From: Asterionella formosa
Lineage: Eukaryota
DNA length: 38,301 nt
Assembly (NCBI GenBank): GCA_002256025.1
Contig: NKIB01015098.1
Location: 1-38,301 of the forward strand
Direction: 5' to 3'
Shown here: positions 9,597 through 20,345 of the stretch, piece after piece
Layout: every line of letters begins with the position of its first letter
How positions within the stretch are numbered: the first letter of the stretch is position 1
Notes under the pieces: generated by a model
Told to the model about the DNA's origin: nothing
Databases searched by the model: none
What the model saw: the letters and a program-made list of their open reading frames with translations, nothing else
Made by a program: the position numbers and the translations under genes

Positions 9597-11744
9597 ATGC
9601 CGTGGTCCTGCTCAGCTTGCACTTTTGAAAACGAGAACCACAACTCTAAACAATGCAACGTGTGTTCCACTCGGCGGCCCGCAAGCTTCACGGAAGCCGT
9701 CAAGGCACAGCAAGCGCTCTCACAGCGAACGCTCTTCGGTAAGGCTGTTTTAGAGCCATCAAATTCCGCGCTCCATAGTACGCAACAAAAGAAACCAGTC
9801 AAGAAGGCGTCTGCTATTACGAAAGAAATGCACAGGAAGCGACCGCGACCCAATGATTCGGAACCACACATAAATCAGGTGCATAACACCGTGTCCATGG
9901 ATCCTTTCCCCGTCCTCTGGGACCGCGCTCAAGCCAATTTACGATCCATATTTCTCATTGAATCTCTCCGTCATTTGCAGCCCATTGCCATTCAGACCGC
10001 CCTCCAACGCACCTCCCAAATTATTGTCATGGCCACAGGTGGTGGCAAGTCGTTATGCTATCAACTACCCGCCACTGTCTTTGGAGGCGTCACACTTGTA
10101 GTGTCCCCGCTCATTGCCCTCATGCAAGATCAAGTTCAAGCATTGCAATCCAAGGGCATCAATGCCGAAGTAGTTTGTTCGGCGCACGGCGAGGGAGTCA
10201 ACGCTACAATATTAGAACGACTACGAACGGACCAAAACAAACCCATTTCACTACTTTATGTTACACCCGAACTCCTGCAGACGGAACGCTTTCAACGAAT
10301 TTTGACACAGCTATACGATACAAAGAGACTTGCCTTGATCGCCATTGACGAAGCCCACTGTCTATCCACCTGGGGACATGACTTTAGAACAGCATATCGA
10401 AAATTGGATTGCTTCAAACGGGAATTCCCAACGGTGCCAATCATGGCGTGCACCGCTACTGCCACGAAAAAAGTCATACAAGACATTAGAAACGTTCTGT
10501 TCACGGAAAATGTTCCGTGCCACATATCGTCCTTCAATCGAATCAATATATCTTACGAAGTCAGATTCAAGGATTCACTCGACAATATGACACCAACGGG
10601 GGCCATGGGAGACCTACTACTGTTCATACAACAACAACACCAAGCATCAACACCATGTTCTGGCATTATTTACTGCCACCGAAGGCAAGATACAGAGTCG
10701 CTTGCACACCAAATCAGCACCAAAACGGGAATTGCTGCCGCTGCATACCATGCTGGTGTGAAGGATCGCTCCAACATCCAAACCAATTGGACACAAGGAA
10801 TCATACCCATTGCCGTTGCCACCGTCGCATTTGGAATGGGTGTCGACCTTGGGTACGTACGTTACGTTGTGCATTGGACGTTACCGAAGACCCTGGAAGG
10901 CTTTTATCAAGAGTCTGGTCGGGGTGGCAGAGACCTAAAGCCAGCCACCAGTGTCGTGTACTATTCCAAAGATGATGCGTCAAGGTTTGCGTACATTATC
11001 AATAAATCGATGACTCCGAAAACTAAACAATCGTCAGAACGAGCTGTGGAAGCTCTGGAAATCATGGTAAATTATTGTATCCAGCCATCCTGTCGGCGCG
11101 AATTTGTACTCAAACACTTTGGCGAGATCATTCATCCAGAGCAAGTTTGTCAGAAAACTTGCGATTATTGTAAGGATCCCAAAAAGGTTGCTCGCGCCAT
11201 TCAAGCCTCCCAAGTGGTCAAGGATGTCATGAACTACAAACGTGGACCCATAATGAAGGGGAAAGAATGGGACGGACAGTGGAATGGTCCACATGGAGAC
11301 GACGAAACAGAGGAGGACATATGGGGAGACACTGATTTGGGAATTACTGGGCCACCAGCGGAAGACAAGTATAGCAAGAAACCACCCGGTAAACAATCGC
11401 TGCGGTCAATATTGACCAAATACGAAGCCATGGAATGTCAAGAGAATCAAAAGGACGGATTTGTGACGTTCAAGAGCAAGCCTGATGAAAAGTCGTCAAA
11501 TGTCCTTATTCCAGAGCATTTACGAATGAATGCTCCAGATCCATTCCAGCATTTGTTAGCGAAAGTCACGCAGCCAAAGTCAAGTGTTGAACTTGGGTCA
11601 GAACGGAGTAAACTGGAAGCGGACCTTGCCAAGATCAAGGCCGACCAACAAGCCAAGCTGGCAGCACTCAAGGCCAAAGCACGAAGCGCCCCTCCTCCGC
11701 CACCACCCCCTATTCTGTCATTTGGACGTAAAACGAAGAAATGA
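9597..11744 (+). CDS. RecQ-family DNA helicase with an N-terminal RanBP2-type zinc finger
   Basis: WSCSACTFEN...CNVC (RanBP2 ZnF); motif I MATGGGKSLCYQLP; DEAHCLSTWGHDFR; ATVAFGMGVD; YQESGRGGRD; RQC zinc site CRR...HFGE...C.KTCDYC. First ATG is at 9597. Confidence 0.92.
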   Translation: MPWSCSACTFENENHNSKQCNVCSTRRPASFTEAVKAQQALSQRTLFGKAVLEPSNSALHSTQQKKPVKKASAITKEMHRKRPRPNDSEPHINQVHNTVSMDPFPVLWDRAQANLRSIFLIESLRHLQPIAIQTALQRTSQIIVMATGGGKSLCYQLPATVFGGVTLVVSPLIALMQDQVQALQSKGINAEVVCSAHGEGVNATILERLRTDQNKPISLLYVTPELLQTERFQRILTQLYDTKRLALIAIDEAHCLSTWGHDFRTAYRKLDCFKREFPTVPIMACTATATKKVIQDIRNVLFTENVPCHISSFNRINISYEVRFKDSLDNMTPTGAMGDLLLFIQQQHQASTPCSGIIYCHRRQDTESLAHQISTKTGIAAAAYHAGVKDRSNIQTNWTQGIIPIAVATVAFGMGVDLGYVRYVVHWTLPKTLEGFYQESGRGGRDLKPATSVVYYSKDDASRFAYIINKSMTPKTKQSSERAVEALEIMVNYCIQPSCRREFVLKHFGEIIHPEQVCQKTCDYCKDPKKVARAIQASQVVKDVMNYKRGPIMKGKEWDGQWNGPHGDDETEEDIWGDTDLGITGPPAEDKYSKKPPGKQSLRSILTKYEAMECQENQKDGFVTFKSKPDEKSSNVLIPEHLRMNAPDPFQHLLAKVTQPKSSVELGSERSKLEADLAKIKADQQAKLAALKAKARSAPPPPPPPILSFGRKTKK

Positions 11745-11886
11745 CATTACAGCATGCATTTTCTAGACGTCTCATAAGAAGCAGGCCGCAATAATCGAGT
11801 AAAGGCCTTAGTTTTTGACATCAGTTCTTGTTTACTAGCCTAACATCCGAGTTAGCGAATGATAATAGGTTGAAAATATATAGTAC

Positions 11887-14800
11887 TTATTCGTTGGTCA
11901 TTTCTAGTTTGGCCAATCTATCGAAATTCTCAATAGCCTCTTCAATGTCGGCAACCTTCTTCTTCAGGCCCGCGTATTTTTCCACGTTGGCAATCTTGAG
12001 GTCCTCCTTGACATTCTCTTCATACCCAGGGGCCGCCATCTTTGCTTCAAGGGTCTTCAATGCTGGCAATGTTTGCTGCAATGACTTTTGAAGCTTCTTA
12101 ATTTCCGCACCAAAGTCCACAAGTCCAGTCAAGTCCATGAGAAGCGTTGTTTGGTCATCAATCACTGCGAGTCCTAAACTTTGGGGCACTGTTCCCTCGT
12201 CTGGATTAATCTTCAAAGACGATGCCTTTCCTAATGTCATGATATCGTCCGTCTGGTTACGAGCGAACTGTTCACCTTCACCGGTAATGCGAAGAAAGAA
12301 TTTGGTAAGCTGCTTATTGGCAATATCATAAGAGGAACGGAAAGAACGACAGGTTTTGATAATCTTCATGATTGACGCCATAGACTCTTCTACGATCGGG
12401 TTCTTATAGGCATCGTTGCAGTGTGGGAAGTCGGCCAGCATAATAGACTCAGGTTCCGCGTCACCAAGTGTCCCTCGTCCCGGAAGGCGTTGCCACAATT
12501 CCTCGGTAACAAATGGCATCATGGGATGCAGCAACCGGAGACCATACTCCAACGAGAGCCAAAGAGTGGCTTGAGCAGCCCATCGCTTGTCCTTGTTCTC
12601 GTCGCTGCTATCATAGACCACGGGCTTGACAAGCTCAAGGTAAAGGTCACACAGATCGTTGATCCACAATGAGTACGATACCTGTTGAGCATCTCCAAAT
12701 CTATATTCAGCAAAGGCCTTATTGACTTCATCCACGCAGGTCATTAATCTGGATATCATAAATTCGTCACGGATACTCATCTTGCCGCTAGACATGAGAT
12801 CGTCCAAGAGTGTTGGCGTTGGCAAGAAATCGGAAAGGAATTGAAGGGCGAAACGAGTTGCATTCCAAAGCTTGTTACAGAATTGTCTGTATCCAACCAC
12901 TCGCTTAATATCCAGGTTGATATCACGACCCTGAACTGTATACGCAAGCAGTCCAAATCGGAGGGCATCGGAACCACATTCTGGGATGCCATCAGGAAAA
13001 TCAGCAGTTTGGTCCGCCTGAGCCTTGAGAATTTCCTTTTTGGGGAGATTGCCACCATCAAGCTTCTTCAAAAGATGATCGAGAGAGCATCCATGGATGA
13101 CTTCAAGTGGATCAATCACATTACCAAGCGACTTGGACATTTTTCGTCCTTCCTTGTCGCGGACCATGGCATGCAGATAAACGGTATGGAAAGGAAGCGT
13201 ATCAGTCAACTCCAAACCCATCATGACCATACGAGCAACCCAGAAAAATAAAATATCCGAGCCAGTCTCTAACAAGGATGTGGGGTAAAATGCCTTGAAA
13301 TCTTCAGTTTGCTCCGGCCACCCAAACACCGAGAAGGGGAACAAACCCGATGAGAACCATGTGTCAAGAACATCTTCATCGCGCTCCAAAACAATCTCGT
13401 CCTCGCTGCATCCAAGCATCTCTATTGCCTTTTGCATCGCGTCTTCCACGTTTCTCGCAACAATCCACCGGTCGTTGTGTTCCATATCATTCTTTGAAAC
13501 TCCTGTTTCGCTCTTCTTGGTAGCAAACCAAGCAGGGATTTGATGTCCCCACCAGAGTTGACGACTCACACACCAGTCGCGAATGTTGTCCAACCATTGG
13601 AACCAAACCTTCTCTTGGTCTTGAGGAAGAATCGTCAAATCTCCATTTCTCACAGCATCAGTCGATCGCTTGGCCATACTATCGCAACGGACGTACCACT
13701 GAGGAGTGATCATGGGTTCCAAGACATCACCGGAACGTGAACAGATTCCCAATCTCATTTTATTAGGCTCCTTCCCCTTGAAGAGCCCCTTTTCTGTCAA
13801 GGCAGCTTCCACCGCAATACGAGCATCATATCTCATCATGCCAGCAAATTCACTACCCTTATCATTGATTGCGCCATTTTCATCCAAAATGGTAATAAAC
13901 TCCAGATTGTGCCGCTTTCCGCATTCGTAATCATTGGGATCGTGTGCAGGAGTAATTTTGACAGCTCCGGTACCAAACTCCATATCCACGAGTTCAGGGT
14001 CGCAAATAATTGGAATCCGTCGATGGTTGAATGGATGTACCACAAACTTCCCATGTAGATGTGAGTAACGCGGATCGTTTGGGTGCACAGCCACGGCAGT
14101 ATCTCCCAACATGGTTTCGAGACGAGTGGTGGCAACAATAATGTATTCGTCCGAATCTTCTACGGGGTACGCGAACGATGTCATTGTTCCGAATTCATAT
14201 CGTCCCATTGGATCCTTCGGGTTTCCATTATGGGTCTTGACTTCCAAAAAGGTTCTGCCTTCCAAGTCGATATAGTCCACTTCAATGTCCGAAATGGCCG
14301 ATTTCAACGCACACGACCAGTTGCCCAATCGATTGGCTCTGTATAAGAGTCCCTTTTCATGAAATCTATTAAAAGCTTCCACCACAGCCTTGCTGCACAT
14401 GTCGTCCATTGTGAAACGTTCTCGAGACCAATCTACGGATGATCCCAGCGAACGCAACTGCGTCGTAATTTTGGTCCCGTAGTCCTTTTTCCATTCCCAT
14501 ACTTTTTCGACAAAGGCTTCTCGGCCCAAATCATGACGTGTGAGACCATCGTTTTTCATCAGCATTTTCTCCACAACCGACTGAGTGGCAATCCCCGCGT
14601 GGTCCGTGCCTGTGCGAGTAATGTGACATTGTGAACAACGTTAGTATATTTCATTTAGAGCAAACAACATTATTTCAGATACCTATAAAAAGAGCCTTGC
14701 TGCAACATACCTGGGACATAGAGAGTCGCGTGGCCCTTCATTCGATGCCAGCGAGTCAAAGTGTCTTCTACTGCCGCCGTCAAGGCATGTCCCAAATGCA

Positions 14801-15251
14801 AACTTCCCGTTACATTCGGAGGAGGAATCACCATGACAAACTTTTCCTCGTCCGACTTGGTCAATGCCTTGGCAGGCTGTCCCTTGTAATAACCAGCTGC
14901 TTCCCACCAATCTTGCCAAGCCGATTCCACAGCCTGTGGGTGGTAGGCGTCTGCCATTGGTGTGGTTGTCAAGTCCTTCTTTTGTCCCTTTGGAGTTTCG
15001 TTGGTAAAGACTGGTTTGGGAGGCGCTTCCTTCTTGGTGGCCTTTTCCTTCCTCTTGGATCCGTCGCCCCATTGAGGCTTCTCCTTCTTCTCTTTCGTTT
15101 TCCCCTTGGCGAGCTTCTTAAGTTGGCTTTTGGAGAGGGCCGTCGGCTCACCATCAACGTTGTTGCTGGGGCTGCTGTCGCCGAGAGGGGTGGCAATGGG
15201 GGTGTCGTCCGTGGCCGGTGTCATGACAGCATCAGGAGTTTCTTCTGACAT
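11887..15251 (-). CDS. VARS: Valine--tRNA ligase, cytosolic type (2 exons: 15251-14711 and 14609-11887; ~1087 aa)
   Basis: PPPNVTGSLHLGHAL (HIGH motif), KMSKS, DWCVSRQLWWGH and a C-terminal coiled coil. Removing the GT-AG intron 14610-14710 (101 bp) restores YVPG-TDHAGIATQ. Confidence 0.96.
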
Positions 15252-15858
15252 CTTCAAGCGTTTGGATATAATTGGTGGTTGACTGAATGGTAGTATGAAT
15301 AAATAATGGAAAGTATGTAATCATAACAGTGGACGCAATGCTAATCGCCTTGGGTTCAATGCTGATGCAGCCAGCCATCAATCCTGATTTCTTGATGATG
15401 ACGACTTCGACGACTTTTTTCAATTTATGTATAGACTAACAGTACTGCAGTAAGTACTAATCTGTCCTAGCTACCTACAGAATCTGTTCATACGTAACCA
15501 CATGTATTTTTGGATCAGGGTCATCAGCCGCCCAGCCGCTCATTTCATTGGAGGGCTCGTGAGCCGTCAAACTAATTTGGCATTCTGCCTGGTGTGCTTG
15601 GCTCTCCTCAGTACATTTACACGATACCCCAGGTACCTGGTGGTTATAGTTGGTATACCGGTACATACCCGAATATACGTTTCAGGTAGTAGCAGCAACG
15701 TAAGGTATGATCATGATACCATCATGATCTCGCTCGCTCGCACATTTGTTCTTCACAGCAGCATGCACGGGGGAGCAGACTTCAAAAGCAGACGACCATC
15801 GTCGCACACACAAAACTCCTTCTGGAAACCATCACCAAGAGGCGCACACTATCGTGCG

Positions 15859-16335
15859 GTAAGTCTATCTTGTTCTTCTTGCCATCATCCCATCATGCGC
15901 ATCCCCTTGCGCTTATGCGCCAATGCGCAATGATTGCCAGAAGGGAGAGGAAACAGATCCAAACTTGGTTTGCCTCCTTCATCTCTCATCATGGATGGCA
16001 CAATGATCATTAAAATGAAACGAGGAAAGGAACGACAAGGACGGCAGCGGAAGGAGCGAAAGAGGAGAGGATGAGTGACTTCACAGTCCGTTTGGACCTC
16101 GTGGACCGCGAGGGAGCGCTCTACCGTTGAATCCTACTGCTCAGCTTGAGTACGGTACTATGGCACTATCCATTCGCCTTGATTGAACCATTTTGGAGGT
16201 TGCTTCAGAACAAAATTGTAGGAGTAGTCTAGTCTACTCCATGTTGTCACATTAGAATGACATTGCTTTTGGAGAGATTGTTTGCAGGAGATTGGAATCC
16301 AAAAAACTAACCTAGCCTTGCTACCTGAATCTCAG
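15859..16335 (+). other. Probable 5'UTR intron of the gene starting at 16436
   Basis: GTAAGT donor at 15859, CTAAC branch point near 16306, CTCAG acceptor ending at 16335, 100 nt before the ATG. Confidence 0.45.
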
Positions 16336-16435
16336 GTCTTCATATCACGACAGCGTTCAAGCAACTAATAATAGCTAATCCCAGATACTCTACCAACGAC
16401 TCACTCACCCAGAACACTGCAGTGTTTTCTTCAAT

Positions 16436-17545
16436 ATGGACATTATTCACGATCCAACCGACGCTATACCACATGCAGAACATCCTGAATCTGTCTTGGT
16501 CAATGTGAACGAATTCCTAGAAGACTTGGACACCCGCCTAGGTCGTGCCAATGGGAATGTCTTTCATCGCCGCGAAGGCGTGGAGGGGGTTCATGATGGT
16601 CAAATTATGGTGCGCCTTAAGAAGAAGCGTTGGATTGTCATTGACTATGGGATTGTACCCACAGAACAGGATTTGCAAACGGCCGCACTAGACCCACACA
16701 TCTCGACCCCCGATGGAGCCGGACGAACGAAATGCAACAATCCGGACTGTACGAAAGTGGGAATTCCAGTGTTGCTGCATGATAGTGAGCCAACTGAGCC
16801 ATCATCGCTGTATATGAGAGCTGGACTTTGTTTTGGATGTCAGCGCCATTTGAATGAAAAGCGACGAACTCAACGAAAGCGCAAGTCAGATATTGGGGTG
16901 GACCAAGCAATTGATACAGATAAGCGGTTCAAGCTTGCAAATGGTGAGATCCTGGAGCTCAGTCCTGATGCTATTGTTATCGAAGGACCTTTCGATCATG
17001 TTAGAAACTTCAATGAATCCTGCAACTACCAGGATATTGGCTTAGATTTGCTGGTGGCCTTGCGCGAAGCCACCACACAAGTAGAAAAGCTCACTTCTGC
17101 CGTTTCGGGTGCCTCGGCCTCGTCCGCGGTGGCTGACATGACGGCTGCTGCAGAGGCGGTGGCTGAAACACCCGTAAGTGAAGAAGCCACCAACGCGGCC
17201 GTTGATGCCACACCGGATATGATCACTTCACAAAATGAAGCTGTCTCCACGGACGAAATTACCTCACTCTACCATAAGGCCTTTAGTGAGATGACAAAAA
17301 CTATTTATTTGATGAAGCAGTGGAAGGGCTCGTGGGATGCTGCAGTGACGTCCGCGGTGGCGCAGGAAACACTGGATCCTAATTTAGAGGAGGCGGTTGC
17401 AGCAGCAGCGTCGATTGCTGCAGCCGAGCAAGATGGGCAAGACCAGAACTCTCAAAATATGATGTCTTTGCTTGTGGCAGCGGAAGCCAAGGGTGAAGAT
17501 GAGGAAGATGAGTTGAAACCAGATGACGATCTTGTGGAAGTTTGA
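16436..17545 (+). CDS. Hypothetical protein (369 aa) with a Cys cluster, basic NLS-like stretch and Ala/acidic-rich C-terminus
   Basis: Intact ORF. CNNPDC...GLCFGCQRHLNEKRRTQRKRK. Family not recognised. Confidence 0.8.
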   Translation: MDIIHDPTDAIPHAEHPESVLVNVNEFLEDLDTRLGRANGNVFHRREGVEGVHDGQIMVRLKKKRWIVIDYGIVPTEQDLQTAALDPHISTPDGAGRTKCNNPDCTKVGIPVLLHDSEPTEPSSLYMRAGLCFGCQRHLNEKRRTQRKRKSDIGVDQAIDTDKRFKLANGEILELSPDAIVIEGPFDHVRNFNESCNYQDIGLDLLVALREATTQVEKLTSAVSGASASSAVADMTAAAEAVAETPVSEEATNAAVDATPDMITSQNEAVSTDEITSLYHKAFSEMTKTIYLMKQWKGSWDAAVTSAVAQETLDPNLEEAVAAAASIAAAEQDGQDQNSQNMMSLLVAAEAKGEDEEDELKPDDDLVEV

Positions 17546-17646
17546 GGAACACGTTAAATCATGACGGGACGAGTTTTCCCAGAAATGCAAAATCATCTTA
17601 CCGGTAGCATCATTATAATTACAGTACTTTATCTGATCAAGGTCAC

Positions 17647-18348
17647 TTAGTCATGTAATTGCAACATATGATTCATTGCCTGGACAATCTGATGTTGCGA
17701 TTGCCGTCTCATAAATGCATGTGTATCATAACACATATGATAGGTCACTCCACTATTTGCCCATCGTTCCGGATGAGGACAGAAGAAGGCATCGTCCGAA
17801 GCATGAAAGACATGTACTCGGCTACTTTCGTCAACTTGCACTTGCAGTGCGGCATCATTTTGCATGCAAATGGCACCCACTACAGCCGTAACAGGTGCAA
17901 TCAATAGGACCTTGGGTTGATTAGGACCACAGCCCACAAGCCCCCGTTGGAGCATTTCTGCGACGACACTCCCACCCCAGGAAAATCCCACAATTAATTC
18001 CGTCTTGGATGTGTTCATGATAGCCATAGTTTTACGCACTCCTCGCTGCAAGGACCCTCGAACAATTCCAGCCACACATAACCGAAGTGCCCCCAAGGCA
18101 ATAATGGTTAAGGGAATCAACAACAGACCTTGTCTTTCGATAGCATGATACGCCCAGCTTGTGCAGCCAAGCACAGCAAAGAAAGCTGCCACGCATGGGT
18201 CTAGGAGCCAAGAACATTTCATGGGAGGCATGGGAATATCGGGTTCCATCACCGCGACGCAATTTCGTGATGAGAGGCTTTGCTTGACGACAGTGAGTGG
18301 TCCTGGCGACCAACCGCCCAACACTATCACGCAGAATGGGTTTGCCAT
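17647..18348 (-). CDS. Alpha/beta-hydrolase-fold protein with an inserted transmembrane hairpin
   Basis: Nucleophile elbow IVGFSWGGS, then LLIAP, VFHASDD (candidate acid) and DTH (candidate His). Start taken at the first ATG; an upstream exon is possible. Confidence 0.75.
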   Translation of the reverse strand: MANPFCVIVLGGWSPGPLTVVKQSLSSRNCVAVMEPDIPMPPMKCSWLLDPCVAAFFAVLGCTSWAYHAIERQGLLLIPLTIIALGALRLCVAGIVRGSLQRGVRKTMAIMNTSKTELIVGFSWGGSVVAEMLQRGLVGCGPNQPKVLLIAPVTAVVGAICMQNDAALQVQVDESSRVHVFHASDDAFFCPHPERWANSGVTYHMCYDTHAFMRRQSQHQIVQAMNHMLQLHD

Positions 18349-18695
18349 GAGGTGCCCTTGCAGTGGTGGATCAGATGGTAGACCTTGTGGCTGCAAACGC
18401 CACACTCTAGTTCATGGATTCATGTATGTCGTCTCAACCGTTCTGAAAGGTCACAAAAGAAAATACAAGTAGGGTTCACTCATACGTAAAAAAGAATATT
18501 TTTTCATATTGCATGTATGTATATACCGGTATGTATACTGGTATCTACCTTCATCAAACGAGGACACTCTCCCAGGTACGACAACCAGAAGGCAAAACCA
18601 TCAGCTTGATAGTTCTTCCTGTGCTCTACAGTGCTACATTGAAACGTTGAAACAAAGGGATGAACAAGTCTAGTTCCTACGATTTTTGTTTTGTC

Positions 18696-19370
18696 TTAAT
18701 ACTTGCAAACTCCAGTCACCCGATATTCCGAAGGATTCCTCTCTCGCAAGTAATACAACTTGGCCCGCTTGATCTTTCGCTTTCCCTTGAAAACAAAATT
18801 CTTTTCCAATACCTTGAGACTCTTAACCAAAGGATTGTGAAGAGGAATCTTTCTCTCGACAGGTTCTCCATACATGACATCTCTTACATAAATGGCAGTA
18901 TCCATCCCTCGGTTGTGTCGTCCCAACACCACCCCACGCAACTTCTCCAACTCGGTTCCATGAATGCCGCCTTGACACACATAATCAATTTCAATGGCAT
19001 CGCCCACTTTAAAATCCGTTCCCCAAACGCTGGTTTTGGTATCCTTGTCTTTCTGGATGGATTCCTTGGTAATGGTATCCATCAAAATATTGACGCGCTT
19101 GCGAGGTGACTTGAATTTGACATAATCAGTATATCGTGGTCCTTGTTTGTGATGGAAAAAGACGGAATCGTCCAAGTGATAGTCGGTGGGGAATTGCATA
19201 TTTTTGATGGTCGGGACTTCTCGTGAAGGCGGCTGGGTCGCGAAGGAGCGCGTTGCTATGGCCAATACTTGTCTCCTGACACAGGCAACAGTATTAGCGA
19301 TAGGACTGCCGGTAGGAGCAGCGAAGAATGGCGCTACTACTGGTGGCCGCGAGAACAAATGTCGAAGCAT
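18696..19370 (-). CDS. MRPL19: Mitochondrial ribosomal protein bL19 with N-terminal presequence
   Basis: FKVGDAI, GVVLGRHNRG, ERKIPLHNPLVKSLKV, KRAKLYYLRE. The N-terminus is Arg/Ser/Ala-rich and acid-free (MLRHLFSR...RSFAT), typical of a mitochondrial presequence. Confidence 0.9.
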   Translation of the reverse strand: MLRHLFSRPPVVAPFFAAPTGSPIANTVACVRRQVLAIATRSFATQPPSREVPTIKNMQFPTDYHLDDSVFFHHKQGPRYTDYVKFKSPRKRVNILMDTITKESIQKDKDTKTSVWGTDFKVGDAIEIDYVCQGGIHGTELEKLRGVVLGRHNRGMDTAIYVRDVMYGEPVERKIPLHNPLVKSLKVLEKNFVFKGKRKIKRAKLYYLRERNPSEYRVTGVCKY

Positions 19371-20345
19371 ATTACAAATAGAAGCAGATGCTTTGATGAA
19401 TAAGTAGACGATGCGTGATTGAGGCAGTAGACGACGCGATGAGACTTGGCTGAACCAACTGGGGGCAGGTTGTTTGCTCGAGATTTGTTGCTGTCACCTG
19501 CTATGTACTCGGCACACACTCTATCATAATAATATAGGATGATGAAGGAGCAGCGCCATTGTCAGTACTAGACCAGTTGCTCCGGGTGCCGGTACAACAA
19601 AACGGTACAGACATAGACTCTACATGAGTACCGGTATGATCGGCAATTACATTCAACATGCATTCCGGTACCAGTACGAGGTACCTGGCACTGCTGGTTT
19701 GTTTGCCTGCCAGGTACCAGTACCTGGTGATACCTGGTACCAGGAACCTACGAGAAAACAAGGAACGGCTATGATTCAATCGAATGAATCCAGTCGATGC
19801 GCATTTCTAAAAATACCACCACCAGTACCGTTTACAGTACTGGCGTTACTGTTGCTTTTTACCTGTACAGTCCACTACAAACTACATACCGGTATATGCT
19901 GGCATCACTCATCATCATTTAGTATATTCCAAGAGTACCTACTATACTGGTATGCAAACCAGTTTCTACGTATGTATTCCGCTTCGTTAATAACTACAGC
20001 AATACCAACGATACATATGTAAAAATAATATTCAGGCATGAGGATACTGAGTACATATCATGAAAAGTTTGCGTGCGACTTGCTTCTCATGCCACTCAAA
20101 AATCAAACAAACTACCTATGATGATATCATATAGAGTACCGGTATGTAGTATACGATGACGACATGGTATGCATATTTTAGCCGACGACAAAACAAAACA
20201 CTTGAAAAAAGAAATCACAACTAATATAATACACAGAATATATCAATTACACTCAAGGGGTCGTCTGCTTTGTAAACCAATAAACTTGCTGTACTATATA
20301 CATACACTCCCTCTGCATCTGTCTGCATCACTCGTCGTGACCATC

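Noticed and set aside
14631..15248. 205 aa + strand ORF and other antisense ORFs inside ZW10, RecQ, VARS, L19 and the AAA gene
   Set aside because: These are shadow frames of real genes with no recognisable motifs.
19501..20022. ORFs rich in VPGT/WYLVP peptides (also at 6713-7431 and 32134-32669)
   Set aside because: They are translation artefacts of the (GTACCWG)n tracts.
20169..20345. N-terminal extension of the AAA ORF from the ORF track
   Set aside because: The composition is AT-rich and UTR-like. The ATG at 20346 opens a clear signal peptide.
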